A stretch of 36,689 bases of DNA from positions 1 through 36,689 of IMG/VR virus record IMGVR_UViG_3300025610_000069; one strand, written 5' to 3'. The position numbers and the translations under genes are program-made. Source of the DNA: a virus (lineage: Duplodnaviria; Caudoviricetes). The stretch's first letter is position 1, and each line of letters opens with the position of its first letter. This document shows, one piece after another, positions 25,426 to 34,531 of the stretch. Under the pieces are notes generated by a model that was not told the origin of the DNA, did no database searches, and saw nothing but the letters and a program-made list of their open reading frames with translations.

Positions 25426-25516
25426 TCTTACCAGCTTCCCTGATCTGGTCTAGTGTACGCCCACAGCCTGTGCAGTAGGTCTTTGTCTGATCCAGCTTGC
25501 ACTGCTTCTTACACAC
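25415..25516 (-). CDS. 33-aa Cys-rich protein (DUF1289-like)
   Basis: CKKQCKLD...YCTGCGRTLDQI; GTG start overlapping the RNR stop, GGAGG RBS. Confidence 0.6.
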   Translation of the reverse strand: MCKKQCKLDQTKTYCTGCGRTLDQIREAGKNVR

Positions 25517-27191
25517 CGCAACTTCCTCCATGTCCGGTGATGTCACAGATGTCGTGGGTTTCAATTGACTCTTCAAACTCTTCTCCAAGTTTATCGGCAG
25601 CTTCAGTGTAAGGCACACTGCTAAGAGGCTGTCCCCCTCTGCATCCGTCCGGATACACGGTGAAACCACGCAGCCTGTGAGCATAGCTGGCAAGAGCATC
25701 GGCAAAATCATCGACCGTATCTTCATTGTTCAGCTTGCTCCCCCACTGGGGCAGATTGATCGTGCTACTGATAGACATATCTACGTAGTCTTGGACATCT
25801 GCTTGAAACTTCAACCTGCGCCGGTAGTCCTCGGCCAAGTCCAGTGCGGACTCGATGTTGTCAGGCTTGACACCGTACAGGTCAATGATCTCTTGCGCTG
25901 CGCTGTCTACAACGTACTGGTAGTGCCACTTGTTTCCGCCCTTCAAATATCTGCGCTTGTACGCCACGGCAAAGATAGGCTCCACACCAGTGCTAGTGCC
26001 AGCAAGAATGCCAATGCTGCCAGTAGGGGCAATAGCCCGATTAGCAACAGGACGACTAATTGAAAGCAGGTCAGCCATTGTACGGCTAGTGTCGTCGCTG
26101 ATGCCTTGATAGACAGCCAGCCACTTATGAAGCTCGTCGGTAACTTCATACTTACTTCCCTTTTTGATCAGCCATTCGTGCATACCCATCAGGCCAAGGC
26201 CCAGCCTGCGGTTCTTTTCGCGCGTCTTATAGACAGCCTCATAGGGCAGCTTGGCTTTCAACGTGCCGCAGATCAGGAACTTGGTTGCCAACTCTACGAT
26301 CTGACTGAACTCTTTCAGATCGTCAACGCGACCAAGGTTGATACTACCAAGATTGCACACGTCACTGTCGTCAGCACTTGTGACCTCTGTGCAGGCGTTA
26401 CGTAGGGTCTCGTTCTCCTTGTCGAAGAAGTTGAAACTGAATCCCGGCTCAGCTGTTCTAAGAGCTTGACGTACATTAGTCCTAAAGACATCCCCAACTT
26501 CTCCGGTCTTCCAGTAGTTCAACAGCCACTCTGTGTCATAGTTGACACTGATGTTAGTCATGTCCAGCGGTGCATGGAAGTTAAAGTCCTGCTCCTTGAC
26601 TTGACCAACACTGAACCCAGTTGATCCTACCGGCATGTCGTACCAGTTCTTGCTGGCCAAGAACGTCTCCACGTCCCTGTGCTTCCAGTTCAGGCTGGCA
26701 TAGATGGCAGACCTGCGGCTCCCTCCCTGCATGACCCTGCGTCCGATCTCGTTGATCATCTGCATCTTGGGGATAGGACCACTGGCCAGCCCACCCGTCT
26801 TGCTCAGACCAGAACCCTCCGGACGATACACCGAGTAGTCAATACCGATACCACCGCCCGTCATCAGACAGGACTCGGACTTCCAGCTAAGGTTTGCCCA
26901 GTCCTCCCGACTGTCCTCCTCTGCCCGGAGCAGGTAGCAGTTGTTAAAGAACTTGTTTGGTCTCCCAGCATAGTACAGGTAGCGACCACCGGGGATAAAC
27001 TTCAAGTCCCGGATGATCTCTGTCAGTGCTTCCACCTCGTCGTCTTTCAGCACCCCCTTGCAGACATCCTCTGCCAGCGTCTTGGCCAAGTCGGACCACG
27101 TGTAGCAGCTTTGGTGTGCGTACTTCTGTTTGAAGATGTCCTCGCTGAACTTGCTACGGAACATCGGATTTTCATTGCTCTTAAAAGTCAT
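25509..27191 (-). CDS. nrdJ: Ribonucleotide reductase class II (adenosylcobalamin-dependent)
   Basis: PGGR, NNCY, NACTE, CNLGSINL, RRLGLG, APTG motifs; C-terminal Cys pair; no beta subunit anywhere in the window. Confidence 0.85.
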   Translation of the reverse strand: MTFKSNENPMFRSKFSEDIFKQKYAHQSCYTWSDLAKTLAEDVCKGVLKDDEVEALTEIIRDLKFIPGGRYLYYAGRPNKFFNNCYLLRAEEDSREDWANLSWKSESCLMTGGGIGIDYSVYRPEGSGLSKTGGLASGPIPKMQMINEIGRRVMQGGSRRSAIYASLNWKHRDVETFLASKNWYDMPVGSTGFSVGQVKEQDFNFHAPLDMTNISVNYDTEWLLNYWKTGEVGDVFRTNVRQALRTAEPGFSFNFFDKENETLRNACTEVTSADDSDVCNLGSINLGRVDDLKEFSQIVELATKFLICGTLKAKLPYEAVYKTREKNRRLGLGLMGMHEWLIKKGSKYEVTDELHKWLAVYQGISDDTSRTMADLLSISRPVANRAIAPTGSIGILAGTSTGVEPIFAVAYKRRYLKGGNKWHYQYVVDSAAQEIIDLYGVKPDNIESALDLAEDYRRRLKFQADVQDYVDMSISSTINLPQWGSKLNNEDTVDDFADALASYAHRLRGFTVYPDGCRGGQPLSSVPYTEAADKLGEEFEESIETHDICDITGHGGSCGV

Positions 27192-27360
27192 TGCAGTCCA
27201 CCGGCCTCAAGTTGAATTTATCTAGGTTGTCTTCTACGTACTCACGGAAGAAGTCTAACAGTGTGAGCGAGTCAATGTCAAGCAAGTCAATGATCTGCTC
27301 ACAGCTGTACGCATCCGCTATGTCTCTCAGCTGTTCTTCAGAAAGTATGGCCACTGGCAT
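27181..27360 (-). CDS. Small acidic hypothetical protein
   Basis: GGGGAG RBS before ATG 27360; 59 aa. Confidence 0.55.
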   Translation of the reverse strand: MPVAILSEEQLRDIADAYSCEQIIDLLDIDSLTLLDFFREYVEDNLDKFNLRPVDCNDF

Positions 27361-28162
27361 TCTCCCCCGGCTCCACAAGGAACACCGGGCGTCCAGACCT
27401 GAACTTGGTCTCAAACTTCTCCCAGCACGTGTGCTTGTGAGAACAATATGAACAATTGACGCCCAGCTTCTTGCCTCCGCTAGGTCGGTCATGTACCGGC
27501 TCAAAAGCCCGCTCAGGCGGTTCTGGCTGCGATACGGCCTTCTTGATCTCTGCGATCTTCATCTCCGTGTTCTCCAGCTGGGAGTGCGTATACGTGGCAA
27601 GCTCTCCGCTGGACTTGTCAAAGGCCAAGAACGTACCACGGGTCTTGCCTAGTGCGTTACCATAGCCGCTGATCTGGCTGATATACCCAAAGGCATCGTC
27701 ATCGGGCAGTGTACCGTTCTTGAACTTCTTCATGCTGTACGACGAGGCGGACTTGATATCGACCAACTCGTCGTCTATGAAGCAGTCGATATGCCCCTTG
27801 ATCCCATCGACCTCGATCTCTGCTTGCTGGTTCGAGACATGATGACCAGCTTCTTTAGCAAGGTAGATCAACAGTGCCTCAACGATGTCACCGATCATGA
27901 ACTTCAACCGGGTCTGTGGGCTGAAGTCTTCTGCTTGATCGTCGCCGTTGATGTCGTACCACAGAGAGCGAGAACACGGCTTGCCAATGTTAGACATCCG
28001 CAGCCTTGGCTTGGACTCTGCCGTCCCCATCCACAGTTGTCTCCGCACTGCGTCCATCACCGTGCTGCCTAGGGCGAACAACGCCTCTTGGTCTGGATTC
28101 TTGGTTCCTTGGTCTACCAGCTGATAGATGTCATCTACCAGTGTGTCAATTGTCTTCGTCAT
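27338..28162 (-). CDS. Cas4-like PD-(D/E)XK exonuclease
   Basis: RMSNIGKPC..SLWY, GHID...VDIKS, QISGY, CSYCSHKHTC (1+3 Cys Fe-S pattern). Confidence 0.8.
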   Translation of the reverse strand: MTKTIDTLVDDIYQLVDQGTKNPDQEALFALGSTVMDAVRRQLWMGTAESKPRLRMSNIGKPCSRSLWYDINGDDQAEDFSPQTRLKFMIGDIVEALLIYLAKEAGHHVSNQQAEIEVDGIKGHIDCFIDDELVDIKSASSYSMKKFKNGTLPDDDAFGYISQISGYGNALGKTRGTFLAFDKSSGELATYTHSQLENTEMKIAEIKKAVSQPEPPERAFEPVHDRPSGGKKLGVNCSYCSHKHTCWEKFETKFRSGRPVFLVEPGENASGHTF

Positions 28163-28760
28163 ATTTCACCTTTACAATGTTTTTGTGACGCTTTGCTTTT
28201 CCGTTCTTAACCTTACTGAGTTCAGATTGATTGTACCCATGACACTCAGCGAACTCTCTCATGGACATGTCCGTGACCCTGTGTTGAACACCGTTGTCAT
28301 AAGTGATGGTAAACGGTCCTAGGTACTTTGGGTTGTTGATGCCCCGCAGCTTGTCCCTGAACTCTTCGCCATAACTCTTGACTGGTCTGAAGAAACGCTT
28401 GCCACCGATGTTCTTGTTATAGAAGTTATCGTCTTCAAGAACATTCAGATCGACCTGCATCTTCATCTCGTTGTAGTACAGGTCACGCTTGTTTCTACAT
28501 AACAACAAAATTGCAAAGGTGAACTGCTTCTTTCCAAGTTTGGCTATCAATGGTGCCAACTCCTTGGAACTTGAGCTATAGTACCTCCAGTTGCTCTCCG
28601 TTGTACGCTTTCCCCGACTGGTTCTGTATAGGTGCTTGCATCCTATGTAGCTTTTGCCTGACTCCTTGTGGGTGATGCGGTAGACAAATCCAAAATGGTC
28701 TCCCGGATTGAACTCGCCTACCGCATCTATGTCCCAATGTCCGTACTTAGAACGGGACAT
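28146..28760 (-). CDS. GIY-YIG endonuclease (Seg-like) with C-terminal DNA-binding modules
   Basis: GFVYRITHKESGKSYIG, YYSSS, conserved E and YN; C-terminal NUMOD/HTH-like segment. Confidence 0.75.
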   Translation of the reverse strand: MSRSKYGHWDIDAVGEFNPGDHFGFVYRITHKESGKSYIGCKHLYRTSRGKRTTESNWRYYSSSSKELAPLIAKLGKKQFTFAILLLCRNKRDLYYNEMKMQVDLNVLEDDNFYNKNIGGKRFFRPVKSYGEEFRDKLRGINNPKYLGPFTITYDNGVQHRVTDMSMREFAECHGYNQSELSKVKNGKAKRHKNIVKVKYDEDN

Positions 28761-29193
28761 CGTCGTTCAGATCATCCTTCTTGGTATCTTTACCGAAAGA
28801 CTGATCGCTGTTGTCTCCCACGTACTCAATGGGATCAGTGATCTTCACAGCGTTCAGGAACGTGGTAACGCCCGTGCCGTACTTATTGTTGTACGGCTTC
28901 TGGCTCACGCGCACAGCTGCTTTTGATCCGTTAGACAACATCCGTGGGCCTGTGTAGTCCTTGCCGTCAGCATCGAACAGCTTAGGCTCATAGTTGCTCT
29001 TCAGCTGGACATAGGGCAGGCCATCCATCTTGCCCTCCTCCTGCTTGACGTTCAAGCCTAGCTTACGGGCTTGGGCAAGCTGGTCTCCCTCCAAGGCCAA
29101 GGCAACCGAGTAGCGGTCGAACTTGTCTTTCACGTCGAACAGATAGGGGAAGTACATGATTCCTTCGAGGTAGTGTTGTGCATTAGCAGGCAT
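28747..29193 (-). CDS. ssb: Single-stranded DNA-binding protein (T7 gp2.5-like)
   Basis: NGS, LNAVKI motifs and acidic tail DDLNDDVPF; start at ATG 29193 (TAATG coupling). Confidence 0.75.
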   Translation of the reverse strand: MPANAQHYLEGIMYFPYLFDVKDKFDRYSVALALEGDQLAQARKLGLNVKQEEGKMDGLPYVQLKSNYEPKLFDADGKDYTGPRMLSNGSKAAVRVSQKPYNNKYGTGVTTFLNAVKITDPIEYVGDNSDQSFGKDTKKDDLNDDVPF

Positions 29194-30842
29194 TAATGTA
29201 TCTCGCTCCAGTTGTTTCCGATTTGTACGTCGCAGTCTAGCTGGCAACGTAGTTTGTACGCCTTGTTGACCTGACGTATAGATAGTATAACACAATCTCT
29301 GGCAAGGTCAACATCTTTAGCATCACTTTCTATAACTAATTCGTCATGCACCATGGCTACGATCTTGGCATCTGCTTGTCTCCTTCTCAGGTGATAATCA
29401 ACGTACATAAACCACTTCTTCATCAGGACGGCGCTAGAGCCTTGGATCAGGGTGTTCAGGCTGGCGTGTCCTGATCTGACCCTGAGAACTCTGCCGTCTA
29501 GTCCTTTCAGCTTGCCGACTGATTCTCCCTTGTGTATGACCGCTTCGCTCAGCCTCTTATATGCTGGCATGTTTGCCATAAATCGCGCCCTAAGTTGAGC
29601 ACCATCTTTGGCAGAGCCGTTGACCACCGCTCCGATCTTTGCGTCTCCTGCTCCATAGAGAAGCGCATAGATGAACGTCTTAGCTTGGTCTCTAGTCTCC
29701 AGACCAGCCATCTGTTGGTTAGCAGTATGTACATCGCCCTCAAGTATTTCACGTGTGAACCTCTCATCATCCATATAGTGTGCCAGCACCCGTAGCTCTA
29801 GGCCAGCTGCGTCTGTGTCTAGCAGCTTCCTGCCCTGCGGGGCTTCGAACAACTCTCTACAATCTTTGCCATACTCCACGCGCACAGCTGGAACCTGTTG
29901 CAGGTTGGGACTGACGCAACTCATACGGTTAGTGATAGCCCCTAGTGTGCGATACCTGCAATGCACCCTAGACTCCGCTGAGCAGGCTTCGATCCATGCC
30001 TTGACCAGTGCAGACCGCTTCTGTAGCAGAAAGTATCTGGCCAGCTTCTGTGCCACGGGCAGACTGCACTTGGATAGTGTCTTCTCGTCTACCTTTGCCC
30101 TGCCGCTGGGCGTTAGCTCCGTGGGTTTCCAACCTAGCTCGATCAGGCGCTCTGCGATCTGCTGTCTGCTTGCCGGGTTGAACTCCGTGACCTTGTCCTT
30201 CAGACGCTTGCCCGTCTTCTCCGAGTATCTCTCCTGTACAATCGGTGGGAACATGCTGACGCACTCGGCTGCGATCCGGTCCTGTTCAAGCGCCAGCCTG
30301 TTATAAAGCTCAACGGCCTTGTGCTTGTTCAGACCAAAACCATTGCCGCTCACCCGGTCAGCAACGATGCGCATCCTGTGCTCGTCCCTGATCGACTGTT
30401 CGCTGAACTCGTCCTCCATCTCTGCCCATAGTGTCCAATGCAGGTGCATACATACCTTCACGTCTTGGATGCAGTAGTCTCGCATCTCATCCGTGTACCT
30501 GCTAAAGTCCCCACTGAACTCGGCCTTGTGTTTGCCTAGGCGTTTGCCCCATGCGTCAAGGCTGTGCCCTCCCTCCCGTGACGGGTTCTCCATCATGGAC
30601 AGGACCAGTGTGTCCACCATCTGGTCGAACTTCAGCCGGACACCCCATAGCTTGGCCAGCACAGGGAAGTCAAAGCTCAGCCCGTTGTGCGCAACCACCT
30701 CTTGGAACTTATCAAGATAGTCCTGTAGACCGTCGGCCTGTGTCCAGACCCTGATGCCAACATCCGAGTCAAAGGTGACCACGCAGTGTATCACACTGGC
30801 ATCAAGGCTGTCGGTCTCTATGTCTAGGTAGCAGGCTCTCAC
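29193..30842 (-). CDS. polA: Family A DNA polymerase with 3'-5' exonuclease (Tyr762 type)
   Basis: LDIETD, HNGLSFD, YCIQDV exo motifs; DAAGLELR, AKTFIYALLYG, VHDE polymerase motifs; GTG start overlapping the thyX stop. Confidence 0.95.
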   Translation of the reverse strand: MRACYLDIETDSLDASVIHCVVTFDSDVGIRVWTQADGLQDYLDKFQEVVAHNGLSFDFPVLAKLWGVRLKFDQMVDTLVLSMMENPSREGGHSLDAWGKRLGKHKAEFSGDFSRYTDEMRDYCIQDVKVCMHLHWTLWAEMEDEFSEQSIRDEHRMRIVADRVSGNGFGLNKHKAVELYNRLALEQDRIAAECVSMFPPIVQERYSEKTGKRLKDKVTEFNPASRQQIAERLIELGWKPTELTPSGRAKVDEKTLSKCSLPVAQKLARYFLLQKRSALVKAWIEACSAESRVHCRYRTLGAITNRMSCVSPNLQQVPAVRVEYGKDCRELFEAPQGRKLLDTDAAGLELRVLAHYMDDERFTREILEGDVHTANQQMAGLETRDQAKTFIYALLYGAGDAKIGAVVNGSAKDGAQLRARFMANMPAYKRLSEAVIHKGESVGKLKGLDGRVLRVRSGHASLNTLIQGSSAVLMKKWFMYVDYHLRRRQADAKIVAMVHDELVIESDAKDVDLARDCVILSIRQVNKAYKLRCQLDCDVQIGNNWSEIH

Positions 30843-31465
30843 AGGTACTTCCAGCTGACAGGAAACTCTGTGGCACACGTTTCTGATATCTTCAATGCTA
30901 CCTCTCTGGTCTCTTGCTGGGCGTCTGGTGCCAGCCTGAGCTTGCAGACCCGGCTGAAGGCGTACAGGCTACCAGTCCAGTACCACTCGGTATACATGGA
31001 CTGCGGCAGCACGGCACGTGCCTGCTCAGGACAGACGCCAAGCTCTATCATGTTGTCATACGTGGTCACAGCGGTGCGCACGGCTTCGTCGTACATCTTG
31101 CTGACCAGCTTAGGGCTTTGCACGGCTTGATCCGTTGATCCCTGCTTCTTGTCGTCAGCTGCCTTGCGCCATTTGTCCGGGCTGTAACAGCTGGGCTGCT
31201 CACTGACATACCTGCGGCTGACCTCGTTCCAGACCAGACCAACTTGGTGCTTGGCCAGCTGTCTGGCAACGAACACAGGCGCTTTGATATGGAACTGCAA
31301 ACTGGTGTGGGCAAAGGGGGACCAGTGCTGATGGTCTGCCAAGTACTTGATCAGCCGTTCGTCTCCCGGCTCCATCTGTAGGTGTACCTTGCTGAAGCTC
31401 ACGCGAGCAGCATTGACCACGCTCAGGTCGCTGCCCATCTTGTCTATCAATCCTACCTGTATCAT
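30839..31465 (-). CDS. thyX: Flavin-dependent thymidylate synthase
   Basis: VVNAARVS, HWSPF, ARQLAKHQ...NEVSRRY, EQARAVLP, AQQETR. Confidence 0.93.
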   Translation of the reverse strand: MIQVGLIDKMGSDLSVVNAARVSFSKVHLQMEPGDERLIKYLADHQHWSPFAHTSLQFHIKAPVFVARQLAKHQVGLVWNEVSRRYVSEQPSCYSPDKWRKAADDKKQGSTDQAVQSPKLVSKMYDEAVRTAVTTYDNMIELGVCPEQARAVLPQSMYTEWYWTGSLYAFSRVCKLRLAPDAQQETREVALKISETCATEFPVSWKYL

Positions 31466-31605
31466 CCTTGTCCTCGCTGCTTTTTCTTCATGCCATAGAA
31501 TGGCGAACGCTTGCCTATCTTTTTCTTATGGTTGAACGGCCTAGGCTTGCGACGACGTTTGACCTTGGTCCTTGGGGTGTAGTTGTTCTCTGCTCTCTTG
31601 GCCAT
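31462..31605 (-). CDS. 47-aa basic protein ending RGQG
   Basis: Hand translation MAKRAENNYTPRTKVKRRRKPRPFNHKKKIGKRSPFYGMKKKQRGQG; coupled on both sides (TGATG, ATGA). Confidence 0.7.
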   Translation of the reverse strand: MAKRAENNYTPRTKVKRRRKPRPFNHKKKIGKRSPFYGMKKKQRGQG

Positions 31606-33251
31606 CAAAACTCATCCTGTTGGTGCGTTACATTTAGTCTACCAGATGTCTTGTCATAGAACAAGCGGTCACATGCTCCCACGTCTCCGGTGTACCTGCA
31701 CTTCAGAACCCGCAGCGTCGTGGTGTTGCATTCTACCACATCGTCGCTCTGGGTGTTACGCTCTAGGCTGATCACCGTGTCACTGATCTGGGCGATGCCA
31801 TGGCTACCACGCAGGTGACCAAGGTTGACCTCCACGCCTTCTTCGTGAGACCTGTCGCTGCCTAACCTGCGCAGGTGTGTAACCAAATGGATCGAACATC
31901 CTGTCTCCTCTGTGACCTGTCTGAGCAGTGTCATGGTACGGTCTATGGCCTTGCGCTCGTCCGTGATCTCCAGACCACTGACCAAGATGCTCAGGTGGTC
32001 TATGAAGATGGTAGAGCAGTCTAGGCCTTGCACCATGTACCGCACCCGGTCTAGCAGGTCGTCCATCTCTAGGCTACCAAAATGGTCGTAGATGAACACC
32101 CTGCCAGTACCCAGAGTACAGTCAAAGTATTCTCTGATCTGTTCTTTAGAATACTTACTGAATACTTCGTTCAGATGCAGTCTATCACTTGCTTCTACCG
32201 CCAAGATACCACGCCGTGTGCGGTCCACCGACTCTTCCAAGGCAATGATCCCGATGTTTTCATCGGTGTTCTTCAGCAGGTAGTGCTGTAGCTCGCGCAG
32301 GATACTGCTCTTGCCCACGCCTGTACCAGCTGCCCATGTGACGATCTCCCTGCTCCGGGTTCCCAGCGTCTTGGACTGTAGCTGTGGCCAAGGGAAGTCA
32401 ACGCTGGCCAAGTTCTGCTCAGACCACAGCCCGTCGAAATCGGTAGCTGCGTTCTTGATCCCTGCCGGGGTGTAGCAGCTGGCGTTTTTCAGGCTGGCCA
32501 AGAACAGGTCTTCCTTGTCCTGTCCGCTGTACTCGCAGGCGTCCTTCAGGTCTAGGCTGACAATAAACGCCTTACCCGGCCTGAGCAGTTTGGCGCACTG
32601 CTCCGCTGACTCCTGCGCCCTAGGCTCGTTGTCAAAGCAGATGAACACCCGGTTGAACGTCTCCAGTAGCTCTAGGTTGTTCTTAAAGTCCCTAGCTGCG
32701 CTGGCTTGGCCGCTCTTGATGCTCAGGGCGTTGACAATGGGCTGACCCCGTCTGGTTATGGTCTGGGCGTTGTTAGGTATCCCGTTGGCCATCTGGAACG
32801 CTGCCAGTGCGTCTGCCTCGCCCTCTGTTACGATAATAGTCTTGGACTTCTGGCCAACTGTCTTGTTCAGTGTGTGCGTCCCAAATAGCGTGCAATTTTT
32901 GAAGTCTCCATCTGTGCTGAATTGTTTACCCTTGTGCCTGATCTTCTTGGCTACCGCCAGACCGTCTTGGTCATGGTAGGGGAAGACCACGGCCATGTCG
33001 TTTGCAGTTACGTTGTAGTAGTCTGTAACTGCTTGGCTGATCTTGCGATCTGCCCATGGTTTGTCAGGTCCAGTGTCCTTTGGAACGTATTCTACCACGT
33101 TGTCTACCTCCTGATCTCTGGTGACCTGCTCACAGCTGAAGCAGTAGGTATGCCCATCGTCGTACATGGTCAGGGCATCGCTGCTTCCGCAGTCTGGACA
33201 AGGCTGGTGCGTCTTGACCGCCTTGGAACCTTCGTGTTCTTCTAAGATCAA
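31605..33251 (-). CDS. T7 gp4-like primase-helicase
   Basis: Zn finger CPDC...CFSC, TOPRIM TEGEAD / CFDNE, Walker A AGTGVGKS, IFIDHL, LRGS..IAQISD, KCRYTG. Confidence 0.95.
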   Translation of the reverse strand: MILEEHEGSKAVKTHQPCPDCGSSDALTMYDDGHTYCFSCEQVTRDQEVDNVVEYVPKDTGPDKPWADRKISQAVTDYYNVTANDMAVVFPYHDQDGLAVAKKIRHKGKQFSTDGDFKNCTLFGTHTLNKTVGQKSKTIIVTEGEADALAAFQMANGIPNNAQTITRRGQPIVNALSIKSGQASAARDFKNNLELLETFNRVFICFDNEPRAQESAEQCAKLLRPGKAFIVSLDLKDACEYSGQDKEDLFLASLKNASCYTPAGIKNAATDFDGLWSEQNLASVDFPWPQLQSKTLGTRSREIVTWAAGTGVGKSSILRELQHYLLKNTDENIGIIALEESVDRTRRGILAVEASDRLHLNEVFSKYSKEQIREYFDCTLGTGRVFIYDHFGSLEMDDLLDRVRYMVQGLDCSTIFIDHLSILVSGLEITDERKAIDRTMTLLRQVTEETGCSIHLVTHLRRLGSDRSHEEGVEVNLGHLRGSHGIAQISDTVISLERNTQSDDVVECNTTTLRVLKCRYTGDVGACDRLFYDKTSGRLNVTHQQDEF

Positions 33252-33454
33252 TGTACGCTCTCCTCTTCTAACTCTATCTCGTACTCTGGTGACTGGTCTA
33301 GGTACATCTTGAACTCTTCAAGCGCCATCATGACAAAGTAGGTGGGCGTTCGCTGGTTGATCTCGGCCATCTGGACCACCCAGTCTATCACGTTAGAGTC
33401 CAGTCCCTCCCTGATCAGTGCGTCGAAGTATGCGTCTTGTATGTAGTCTTCCAT
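33248..33454 (-). CDS. Hypothetical acidic protein
   Basis: 68 aa, GGAGAGG RBS. Confidence 0.6.
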   Translation of the reverse strand: MEDYIQDAYFDALIREGLDSNVIDWVVQMAEINQRTPTYFVMMALEEFKMYLDQSPEYEIELEEESVH

Positions 33455-33552
33455 TAACCTCTCCAGATTGAGTAGCAGACGGCTACCAGCACAGTACCTG
33501 CGACAGACAAGGCAATGACCTCAGCCCCAGTCAGGGCGTTTAATATCTGCAC
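33454..33552 (-). CDS. 32-aa single-TM micropeptide MQILNALTGAEVIALSVAGTVLVAVCYSIWRG
   Basis: Hand translation; GGGGAG RBS, GTG start, TAATG coupling to the next gene. Confidence 0.45.
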   Translation of the reverse strand: MQILNALTGAEVIALSVAGTVLVAVCYSIWRG

Positions 33553-33811
33553 GTGACATCTCCCCTGCTAACGCTGCATAGCCGCACATGTCTATGAAAC
33601 TGTCGTCCTTGAAGGCATGGATGCACCGGGCCACCTTGACCAGCAGCATCATCATTGCCACATCTGTGGGCGTCAGTTTGATCTCATGGTCTAGGTAATT
33701 GTTCCAGAACTCGGCGATGCGCATATGGTTCAGATATGCGTCGCCGTAGTCCTCCTTCCTGTCGCCGTTGATCAGTTCGCCTGCCTTGGCTAGTACATCG
33801 TCACGCTTCAT
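33521..33811 (-). CDS. Conserved phage protein (DUF6378-like)
   Basis: GDRKEDYG...RIAEFW..YL...DVAMMM..VKVAR...DSFIDMCGYAALAGE; GGAGG RBS before ATG 33811. Confidence 0.7.
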   Translation of the reverse strand: MKRDDVLAKAGELINGDRKEDYGDAYLNHMRIAEFWNNYLDHEIKLTPTDVAMMMLLVKVARCIHAFKDDSFIDMCGYAALAGEMSRADIKRPDWG

Positions 33812-34004
33812 CAGTACCCTCCATCTGGTCTTTGAAATGTCTGAGACGCGCAGCTGCATCGCACAGCTTTGAGTAGTCAGACATAAACATATCGCCGTCG
33901 CACTCCCACATCATCTGCACAGGGCCGTTTACCATCGGCACCAGTCGCTTGAGAAACTCCTCGGCGGTGATCTCTTCGTCGTAGCTCCATTTGTACGTCT
34001 TCAT
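33801..34004 (-). CDS. Hypothetical protein
   Basis: 67 aa, ATGA coupling. Confidence 0.55.
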   Translation of the reverse strand: MKTYKWSYDEEITAEEFLKRLVPMVNGPVQMMWECDGDMFMSDYSKLCDAAARLRHFKDQMEGTDEA

Positions 34005-34531
34005 GCTGCTTCCCTTTCTTTTAAGATTCCCAATCGTGCCTGTTCGAGATATCTTACAAAGTCCAACTCGGGCGGTTCACTAAACTTCCATTTGGCCATA
34101 TATGACTTCTCCTTGATGTAGTAGGTTCTATATGCTACCACGGCATCGTCGTCTTTGCAATAGTCGGGCATACACTGAGGCGGATCAGTGAACTTACCGC
34201 CCTTCAATCCATGCGGTAAATTTTTCAATGCCCAGAATATCCCACTGCTCTCGGTCTTGTGCGTCTTGCCGTACCTGAACGTGTACTCCTGAAGCAGGTT
34301 GCTAAGAAGCTGCCATAACCACTGGTAATTACTGCGGTTCTCCCTAGCCCAGACAGCACTGGGGTGGTTCTTATGGGTGGCCTTGTAGCAATTGATACTA
34401 GGGACACCGTCGATCTCATGGTGAGCAGTGCTGAGCAGCTGTGCGTACTCCAAGATCATCTTGACCACGTGCTTGTCACAGTGCATGGCAGCGCAACGCT
34501 GGGGGTCTCTGTCTAGGTAGAATATATTCAT
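34001..34531 (-). CDS. Pyrimidine-dimer DNA glycosylase (DenV)-related family protein
   Basis: MNIFYLD...HCDKHVVKMILEYAQLLSTAH...THKNHPSAVW...PQCMPD...AYRTYY; start at ATG 34531. Confidence 0.7.
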   Translation of the reverse strand: MNIFYLDRDPQRCAAMHCDKHVVKMILEYAQLLSTAHHEIDGVPSINCYKATHKNHPSAVWARENRSNYQWLWQLLSNLLQEYTFRYGKTHKTESSGIFWALKNLPHGLKGGKFTDPPQCMPDYCKDDDAVVAYRTYYIKEKSYMAKWKFSEPPELDFVRYLEQARLGILKEREAA

